This document shows positions 1 to 7,069 of a stretch of 10,906 nt of DNA, piece by piece. Positions within the stretch are counted from its first letter, which is position 1; each line of letters opens with the position of its first letter. The notes beneath the pieces were generated by a model that was given only the letters and a program-made list of their open reading frames with translations, was not told the origin of the DNA and made no database searches. The position numbers were made by a program, and so were the translations under genes. Source of the DNA: Octopus sinensis (Eukaryota); the NCBI RefSeq assembly GCF_006345805.1, contig NW_021827262.1, positions 1 through 10,906 of the forward strand. Reading direction: 5' to 3'.

Positions 1-357
1 CATGCATGTATGTATGCATGCATGTATGTATGCATGTTTGTTATGTATGTATGTATGCATGAATGTATGTATGCATGCATGAATGTATGTATCTATGTAA
101 GTATGCATGAATGCATGTATGTAAGAATGTATGTATGTATGAATGTATGTATGCATGAATGTATGTATGCATGAATGTATGTATATATGCATGTATATAT
201 GCATGTATATAGGTATGCATGTATGCATGTATGCATGAATGTATGTATGTATGCATGTATGCATGAATGTATGTATATACGTATGCATGAATGTATGTAT
301 GTATGCATGTATGTATCTATGTATGTATGTATGCATGAATGTATCCATGTATGTATG
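1..357. repeat. Degenerate tetranucleotide microsatellite (ATGT/ATGC/ATGA)n
   Basis: Continuous 4-bp-period mosaic of atgt, atgc and gaat; explains the HAYIHT/MYVC pseudo-ORFs. Confidence 0.97.
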
Positions 358-372
358 CGTGTTTATGTCCAT

Positions 373-837
373 GTGGAAGTGAGTAGCTTAGTGCTTAGAA
401 TATTCGGTCCATGATCACAGGGGTGTGAGTTCGATTCCCGGCAGCGCGTTGTGTTCTTGAGCAAGAAACTTCATTTCACGTTTCTCTGGCCCACTCAGCT
501 GACAAAAATGAGAGTATCACCTGTACTTCAAAGGGCCATCCTTGTCACATTCTGTGTCCCGCTGAATCACTCTGAGAACTACGTTAAGGGTACGCGTCTC
601 TGTGGAGTACTCAGCTACTTACACGTAATATATTCACAAATGATATGTTTCTGTTGTACCTGTATTTCAAAGGGTCAGCCTTGTCACACTCTCTGTCACG
701 CTGAATCTCCCCGAGAAGTCCGTTTAAGGGTACACGTGTCTGTGGAGTGCTCATCCACCTGCACGTTAATTTCACGAGCAACCTGTTCCGTTGATTGGAT
801 CAACTGGAACCCTCGTCGTTGCAACCGACGGAGTGCC
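373..837 (+). mobile_element. tRNA-derived SINE, family A (CORE-like), with duplicated 3' body
   Basis: A-box-like TAGCTTAGTGCTTA 384-397 and B-box GAGTTCGATTCCC 427-439, then CORE-like GTTCTTGAGCAAGAAACTT...CCACTCAGCTG. Homologous along its length to the minus-strand copy at 4345-4641. The body segment occurs twice (519-638 and 658-777). Confidence 0.9.
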
Positions 838-915
838 GTAGTATCATGCATAGTTAATTATTTACGTGTATGTGTGTGTTTGCTTTTTACATTCAGATAC
901 TGTAAACATTACAAA

Positions 916-1304
916 TCTCTGTATCTATAAAGCTGAAGTTGTCTGTGTATGGCAGGTTTGGTAACCTTCAACTAACACTATTTCCTCCAAGACCCTGCGG
1001 CGCAATTTCACCAAAATTGAGAGTATGATAGAAGAAGGCTTGCTCTTCCTTCCGTAGAAGAAAAAGTTCAAATCGGACCATGTTAACACCAAAAATTATT
1101 TACATCAAAAAGGTGGTTTTTTTCTATAAAAATCCCCATTTTTTACGATTTTTGACTGCTGTGTCGCCATTTTTCGGTGTATTTCAACCAGAAAAATGTT
1201 CACTTAAAGAGAATAACAAGCTACATAATACAAAAGTTTTACTTTTTAAAAATTCCTATTCTAAAGGGTCGAAACAAACCCGAGCAACGTCGGGCGACTG
1301 TTAG
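916..1304 (+). mobile_element. Non-autonomous Helitron-like element
   Basis: 5' end TCTCTGTATCTATAAAGCTG begins with TC after an A (915). 3' hairpin CCCGA-GCAACG-TCGGG 1279-1294 lies 10 bp before the terminus TTAG (1301-1304; canonical CTAG/CTRR), followed by T (1305). A|T target, no TSD. Confidence 0.75.
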
Positions 1305-1574
1305 TTACTATCAAAATACCCTCGCATGCAAATTATCTTCAGGTGAATTTTTGTCACTCTCTGGAATTTACAATTAATTTAAAGGATTATTTTGCCTTTT
1401 ATTTATTCATTCTTTTTTTTCTCTCTCGACTTAAGCAGTTTTTCGTATTTCTACGATTGTACATTAGTTTTAATGCTTTCAATGTCTCAGCACAGTCTTT
1501 CATAATGTAATCCCAGATTAAGTCTCGTCTGCTTATTGATTAGTTTCTAATTTCTTCATCAAACTTTATATTTA

Positions 1575-1704
1575 CATGTATGTATATATATGCAAATGTT
1601 TATGTATGAGTGTGTGTATGTATTTATGCATGTATGCACGTGTGCATGAATTTATGTATGAATGTATATGTGTATGTACCTAATTATCTATCTATCTATT
1701 TATC

Positions 1705-1774
<70 letters not shown>

Positions 1775-1788
1775 AATAAATAAATAAA
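1575..1788. repeat. Compound microsatellite: degenerate (ATGT), then (TCTA)n 1685-1774, then (AAAT)
   Basis: Direct reading. Confidence 0.95.
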
Positions 1789-1871
1789 ATGAAACAACAA
1801 AGCCAAAGCAGTGTGAAATTTCTAGGACATTTATAAAGAGAAAGTAGTCTTACAGCTGTTTCAAGGACATT

Positions 1872-2087
<216 letters not shown>

Positions 2088-2223
2088 GTAACTAGGTACA
2101 TACATTCATCAATGGCATACATATATAATTACATAAAGTTACGCTTTTGCATTTGCTTTTCATGATACTTTATGCAAGAACGTGTTGAAACAGATGTTGT
2201 ATCTTGGAGGAGTCTGTATTTCA

Positions 2224-2234
2224 CTTCTTCTTCT

Positions 2235-2265
<31 letters not shown>

Positions 2266-2391
2266 TTCTATTATTATTATTATTTTTTATTATTATTATT
2301 ATTATTATGATTATTATTATTATTATTATTTTATTATTATTGTTGTCATTTTATTATTATTATTAGTAGGAGGAGGAGGAGGAGGAGGAGG
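2224..2391. repeat. Compound trinucleotide microsatellite (CTT)n-(ATT)n-(AGG)n
   Basis: CTT 2224-2264, ATT 2264-2365, AGG 2368-2391; explains the poly-L/I/S/Y/G ORFs. Confidence 0.97.
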
Positions 2392-2626
2392 GGTAGGAGT
2401 GGCTGTGTGGTAAGTAGCTTACTTACCAGCCACATGGTTCCGGGTTCAGTCCCACTGCGTGGCACCTTAAGCAAGTGTTTTCTACTATAGCTCGGGCCAG
2501 CTAAAACCTTGTGAGTGGATTTGGTAGACGGAAACTGAAAGAAGCCTCTCTCTCTTTAAACAGCGGTGGTGCCCTAGCATGGCCGCGGCCTTCGCGCTAA
2601 AACATTTTTAAGGATTTTTAGGATTT
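2391..2626 (+). mobile_element. tRNA-derived SINE, family C, internally deleted copy
   Basis: A-box TGGCTGTGTGGT 2400-2411, B-box-like GGTTCAGTCC 2443-2452, then GGCACCTTAAGCAAGTGTTTTCT. Jumps at 2546-2558 (GAAGCC-tctctctcttt-AAACAGCGG) to the 3' motif AGCATGGCCGC shared with 6931-6946. Tail (AGGATTTTTA)n. Confidence 0.85.
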
Positions 2627-2628
2627 AA

Positions 2629-2703
2629 TTAGTAGTAGTAGTAGTATAGTAGTAGTAGTAGTAGTAGTAGTAGTATAGTAGTGTCTGTATGTATGTATGT
2701 ATG
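2629..2703. repeat. (TAG)n then (ATGT)n
   Basis: Direct reading. Confidence 0.93.
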
Positions 2704-2853
2704 TTCTCTTCTGCTTTTAAATATTTAATTTCTTTCTCTGACGAAAGAATTAGTTTCTAACATGGATATAAAAGCTCCATCGTTGATGACAAAATCAATG
2801 TCACATTTTAAACTTGAGAAAAGTCTTGCATACTTTTGCTGTTTCGCTTACAG

Positions 2854-2916
2854 ATTGTTTATCCGGATTGTCAATTAGGTCTTTACTCGCAAAACCAAGT
2901 GCACTAATTATTATCG
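2854..2916 (+). CDS. Candidate 63-nt symmetric (phase 1-1) internal exon of an unknown host gene
   Basis: Acceptor TTTTGCTGTTTCGCTTACAG| (AG-free from 2824), donor TCG|GTACGT at 2917. 63 nt = 21 codons. Only one frame is open: (D)CLSGLSIRSLLAKPSALIII(G). Protein not recognised. Confidence 0.35.
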
Positions 2917-2939
2917 GTACGTCTATCTGTCTGTCTGCA

Positions 2940-2943
<4 letters not shown>

Positions 2944-3015
<72 letters not shown>

Positions 3016-3043
3016 TGCGTGTGTGTGTATGTATGTATGTATG
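2944..3043. repeat. (GT)n microsatellite ending in (ATGT)
   Basis: Direct reading. Confidence 0.97.
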
Positions 3044-3090
3044 TTGTGGGCAATATAGCTGAGTTCTGATGACAATATACTCTTTACTCC

Positions 3091-3720
3091 AAGGCAGCGA
3101 GCTGGCAGAACCGCTAGCACGCCGGGCGAAATGCGTAGCCGTATTTCGTCTGCCGCTACGTTCTGATTTCAAATTCCGCCGAGGTCGACTTTGCCTTTCA
3201 TCCTTTCGGGGTCGATAAATTAAGTACCAGTTACGCACTGGGGTCGATGTAATCGACTTAATCCCTTTGTCTATCCTTGTTTGGCCCCTCTATTTTTAGC
3301 CTCTTGTGGGCAATAAAGAAATAAGAAACGTTAGCACGCCGGGTGAAATGCTTATCTGTATTTCGTCTGTCTTTACGTTCTGAGTTCAAATTCCGCCGAG
3401 GTCGACTGTGCGTTTCATCCTTTCTGGATCGATAAATTAAGTACCAGTTATGCACTGGGGTCGATGTAATCGACTTAATCCGTTTGTCTGTCTTTGTTTG
3501 TCCACTCTATGTTTAGCTCCTTGTGTGCAACAAAGAACTATAAAAATGTTAGCACGCCATCTGTCTTTATGTTCTGTGTTCAAATTCCGCCGAGGTCGAC
3601 TGTGCCTTTCATCCTTTCTGGATCGATAAATTAAGTACCAGTTGCGTTCTGAGGTCGATCTAATCGACTGGCCCCTTCCCCAAAAAATTTCGGGCCTTGT
3701 GCCTAGAGTAGAAAAGAACA
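3091..3720 (+). mobile_element. tRNA-derived SINE, family B, three-unit head-to-tail concatemer
   Basis: TAGCACGCC recurs at 3115, 3332 and 3550 (period 217-218). Each unit has B-box-like TTCAAATTCC and GTCGACT(T/G)TGC(C/G)TTTCATCCTTTC...GATAAATTAAGTACCAG. Only unit 1 has the head AAGGCAGCGAGCTGGCAG; only unit 3 has the terminal CCCCTTCCCC...GGCCTTGTGCC tail also seen in the solo copy at 8839-9054. Confidence 0.92.
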
Positions 3721-3806
3721 TTCTCTTTATTCCTCTCGAATATTCATTCTTTGTCTTCTTATTTATGGGTCCAACATATCTTGTCCAAGACGTGTATTTT
3801 TGTCAG

Positions 3807-3868
3807 CAGACTGTAGAGGTTATATTGTCAAACTGTTCAGTTTTAGGCTTTCAGCGGAGGGCACAAAA
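3807..3868 (+). other. Weak candidate exon (tandem CAGCAG acceptor, start 3807 or 3810)
   Basis: GTGTATTTTTGTCAG|CAG| acceptor and CAAAA|GTATGT donor at 3869. Open reading DCRGYIVKLFSFRLSAEGTK in one frame. Confidence 0.2.
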
Positions 3869-3880
3869 GTATGTACATGC

Positions 3881-3906
3881 GTGAAGGCGCGTAGCTTTGT
3901 GCTCAG
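3881..3906 (+). mobile_element. Head-only fragment of family A SINE
   Basis: GTGAAGGCGCGT matches the 5' end of the 4345-4641 copy (GTGAAGGCACGT, 11/12); GTAGCTTTGTGCTCAG matches 383-398 GTAGCTTAGTGCTTAG (14/16). Confidence 0.65.
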
Positions 3907-4005
3907 CTTATTTTGTTTCTTCGCCAATAGCGAACCACAAAATTGAATCTGCAGTTTTCAATAATTTCTCTATATAGTAATATATTGCCATATGAATATA
4001 TGTGA

Positions 4006-4061
4006 GTGCGTGCTTGTGTGCGTGCTTGTGTGCGTGCTTGTGTGCGTGCTTGTGTGCGTGC
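4006..4061. repeat. 12-bp minisatellite (GTGCGTGCTTGT) x4.7 within GT-rich tract
   Basis: Units at 4006, 4018, 4030, 4042, partial at 4054; explains the ARTQ/HKHA ORF repeats. Confidence 0.93.
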
Positions 4062-4241
4062 GTGTGTGTGTATGTGTTTGCGCGCATGCGTATGTGTGTG
4101 TACATGCATGTACTCCAGAAAGAACAGAAACCTATATCAGTGTTATTTCGATATATTCAATTCTCTGTATATTCAATAAATATATTAAAATATCACTGAT
4201 ATTGTTATAATATTGGTGATATTTTGCTCTCTTTATATTAC

Positions 4242-4258
4242 TGTGAGTGCGTGCGTGC

Positions 4259-4305
<47 letters not shown>

Positions 4306-4341
4306 TGTGTGTGTGTATGTGTGTGTGCATGTATGTGTGTA
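4242..4341. repeat. (GCGT)/(GT)n microsatellite
   Basis: Direct reading. Confidence 0.96.
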
Positions 4342-4344
4342 CGT

Positions 4345-4641
4345 GGCACTTCGTCGGTTTCCTACCAGCGGAACAGCCTGCTCGTGAAATTAACGTGCAA
4401 GTGGCTGAGCACTCCAAAGACACGTGTAACCCTAACGTAGTTCTCGGGGAGATTCAGCGTGACACAGAATGTGACAAGGTGGCCCTTTGAAATACAGGTT
4501 ACAACTCATTTTTGCCAGCTGAGTGGACTGGAGCAGCAAGAAATAAAGTGTCTTGCTCAAGGATATAATCCGTCGCCAGGAATTGAACCCACGACTTTAC
4601 GATCGTGAGTCGAATACCCTAACTAAGATACGTGCCTTCAC
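4345..4641 (-). mobile_element. tRNA-derived SINE, family A, near full length with single body
   Basis: Reverse complement reads GTGAAGGCACGTATCTTAGTTAGGG...GGGTTCAATTCC (B box)...CCTTGAGCAAGACACTT...CCACTCAGCTGGCAAAAATGAG...ACCGACGAAGTGCC; collinear with 373-837. Confidence 0.92.
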
Positions 4642-4789
4642 ACACACACAATTACTTGTGATTTTAGGACTTTATGCAATAAAATGTATGGAACTAATAT
4701 CACTGGTTATTCGTCGTGTGCTCATAATACATAATATAATTGTGAAAGTGTGGTGTGGTGGTGGTGGTGGGTGTTGTGTGTGTGTGTGT

Positions 4790-4972
4790 GTGGCGATTTT
4801 CTTCCTCCGTGTCTTCCCTTCAATTGGTCTTTCCTCTGTTTCCGAAGAAGAGCGTCTGCTCGAAACGTCAAACCATCTTTCTTTCCTTCACCGAGCGTCT
4901 GCTAATACTTTACATGTACCACGTCCTCGCGTTGTTGTTTTCTTGTGTTTGTTCTTCTTTTTTTAATTTACT
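4790..4972 (+). mobile_element. Penelope-like element (PLE)-derived non-autonomous relic
   Basis: Unique pyrimidine-rich segment between GT and AT/GT microsatellites that carries the hammerhead motif typical of PLE terminal repeats. Boundaries are approximate. Confidence 0.55.
4838..4873 (+). ncRNA. Minimal type I hammerhead ribozyme motif (U4C variant)
   Basis: Helix I GUUU(4838-41)/AAAC(4870-73); core CCGAAGA+A (4842-49); helix II GAGC-GUCU-GCUC (4850-61); GAA (4862-64); loopless palindromic helix III ACGU (4865-68); cleavage triplet GUC, predicted cut after 4869. Confidence 0.75.
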
Positions 4973-4981
4973 ATATATATA

Positions 4982-5036
<55 letters not shown>

Positions 5037-5070
5037 TGTGTGTATGTGTGTGTGTGTGTGTGTGTGTGTA
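4972..5070. repeat. (AT)/(GT)n microsatellite
   Basis: Direct reading. Confidence 0.96.
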
Positions 5071-5189
5071 CTATATTCCTGTCAGAAATACTCTTTCTTA
5101 AAACCTCATTTTACGTTTATAATAGTCTGGGATTTTTCTTCTATATCTTGTTTGTAAGATGAATATGTCTCTGATTATACAACTTTTAG

Positions 5190-5252
5190 GATTTTTTCTT
5201 TTTCCCGTTCTTTTTTTCTTTTTTCTTTTAAAATCTTTTCTTCTATTTTCAG
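5190..5252 (+). promoter_or_regulatory. Candidate strong 3' splice site (long polypyrimidine tract + CAG)
   Basis: About 60 nt AG-free, nearly pure T/C tract ending TATTTTCAG at 5252. No convincing donor follows; AATAAA at 5442, 5495 and 5622-5635. Confidence 0.3.
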
Positions 5253-6037
5253 CACACGACTGAAATTAACCTCTGATCTATCATTGTCCACTTAACGCCG
5301 AGTGTTTAATACGAATGTTATTTTTACCATGCCAAGCAATTGAAAGCGAAAGAAAAAAAACGAAGACTATATAAGTTTAATATAAAAATGTGTTTAAAAG
5401 CTGTTTTACACATCACATTAACTTTTTCAGAAGAAAAAATCAATAAAATACAATAGTTTTTTTTACCAAAAGCGGAAGGAAAAAATATTGTAGTAATAAA
5501 ACGGTCCATTATAAGCCTGTCAAAGCTCAAACTGGAGATTTTAAGCGATGTGTCTGTTGCATAGCAGAGAAATACCTTATTTTGACACAAAATTGTAAAC
5601 TAGTCAATAGCAAATACAGTAAATAAATAAATAAATGAAACGAATACAAACATATATAGAAGAGAGTTTGAAGAAACTAACGGTGGTTTGCATCAGAGAA
5701 AAGGTCATTCAGTCAGTCAATATAGTTAGCAAATATGAATAAATTCTCTGGAGAAAGAATTCTTATGTTTTGGATAGCATTGAGAAAATAGGTTTGAAGA
5801 TTGCTTTCTCGAAACCACATAACTTATGCCTCCCAATGGTATACTAGCTTTTTGAATTTTATAATCAAAGGCAAGAGTTCATTTCGATGTGAAGACACAA
5901 AAACAAATATTGTCATAGGAGCTGATATTATTGTTTAGTCCAGGTCAGACTTTATTGGCCAGATCTCAGATCAAAAGAGTTTTAGCCATGTATATCATGT
6001 TTTTATCAATAACGTTTCCCATGCTATGATACGTTTA

Positions 6038-6059
6038 AGTGTGTGTGTGTGTGTGTGTG

Positions 6060-6092
<33 letters not shown>

Positions 6093-6124
6093 TGTGTGTG
6101 TGTGTGCGTGTGTGTGTGTGCGTG
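6038..6124. repeat. (GT)n microsatellite
   Basis: Direct reading. Confidence 0.96.
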
Positions 6125-6438
6125 CTTATTCAAATGATGTCAAAGTTTAACAGCATGTATAGAAATAACTCGAGATCGTTCATGAAATTCACACAGCTTT
6201 GAATTTTCTATTCAAACTTTTATGAATAAATCTTCTTTTGTTTAAGCTTGTTTAGTTTCATTTGCCTAGACTATATAAGTTATTCAGATATTTACACCTC
6301 AAATGTATTTATAAATATATATAACCTATATAGTACCTTTAGGAACAGGATTAATTTAGCTAGTTCTCTGTCGTCATGATTAAATGATGGACGACCGCAA
6401 GTGTAGCTGTATGGTTAAAAGCTTGCTTATATATATAT

Positions 6439-6751
6439 CAGTAGTTCGCAAAATTTTTTGGGCTACAACCCCCTTGACACACAAGCCACATTCTTAGCGC
6501 CTCCACCCCAACTAACCATCACAAGCACAGACCTCTTTCTGAAGCAAATTCAAAGCAACTGTATTTCACAAATACAACTTCACCTCATGAACCCATTATT
6601 TTGTTGTTTCTATATGAATCGCTACCCCAATTATCACCCCACTTTTTACATGAATCGCTACCCCATTATCACTCCTTTTTTCTTCAACGCCACCTGGAAC
6701 TTTCCACCCGACAAGCGGGTGTGACAATACCGTTTACTTTGAAAACAACTG
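6439..6751. mobile_element. hAT (Charlie/MER-like) MITE, 313 bp
   Basis: TIRs CAGTAGTTCGCAAA (6439-6452) and TTTGAAAACAACTG (6738-6751), 11/14 complementary, resembling the CAGTGGTTCTCAAA type. 8-bp TSD ATATATAT (6431-38) / ATGTATAT (6752-59), 7/8, with TA at positions 4-5. Confidence 0.85.
6614..6681. repeat. 36-bp direct repeat x~1.9 inside the MITE
   Basis: ATGAATCGCTACCCCA at 6614 and 6650. Confidence 0.9.
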
Positions 6752-7069
6752 ATGTATATGTATGCGTGTGCGTCTTTGTGGCTGTGTTTGTCCCTCCATC
6801 ACCGCTTGACAACCGGTGTTTGTGTGTTTACGTCCCTGTAACTAAGCAGTTCGGCAAAAAAGTGACCGATAGAATAAGTACTAGGCTTTAAAACAATAAG
6901 TCCTGGGTTCAATTTGTTCGACTAAAACTTCAGCATAGCCGCAGTCAAAATATCTGAAACAAGTAAAAGAATAAAAAAAAGAACCTTAATCAGTTTTCGT
7001 ATTGGCTTCTCATCAGAGGAGTCTGCATCAATTTGACCAAGGCCAGAGAATCTGTTTATATACTCAACA

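Larger units (their letters stand above)
6397..6980 (+). mobile_element. Family C SINE (head 6397-6428, 3' half 6752-6980) interrupted by a MITE
   Basis: Head GCAAGTGTAGCTGTATGGTTAAAAGCTTGCTT is 23/32 identical to 2393-2424. The 3' half ends CAGCATAGCCGCAGTC...GAAACAAGTAAAAGAATAAAAAAAA. The B-box/CORE part present at 2425-2546 is missing. Confidence 0.75.

Noticed and set aside
41-414. ORFs with HAYIHT/MYVC repeats
   Set aside because: Translations of the ATGY microsatellite; the same applies to the IYIY, CVCV, HTHT and poly-L/I/S/Y ORFs elsewhere.
373-445. tRNA genes at the SINE heads (also 2391-2460 and 4570-4641)
   Set aside because: A and B boxes are present but there is no full cloverleaf, and each continues into a SINE body.
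451-930. 159-aa + strand ORF
   Set aside because: Lies over SINE A and its duplicated body; no recognisable domain; GTG start.
3066-3072. CTGATGA hammerhead core
   Set aside because: No helix II or GAAA follows.
2801-3238. Minus-strand ORF with protein-like tail IIISALGFASKDLIDNPDKQ
   Set aside because: Runs through SINE B and (CA)n; no pyrimidine-rich acceptor on the minus strand. The + strand exon model fits the splice signals better.
5930-5995. Possible decayed octopus repeat (CCAGGTCAG...GATCAAAAG...AGCCATG)
   Set aside because: Resembles a repeat I recall only vaguely; no second copy in the window to support it.
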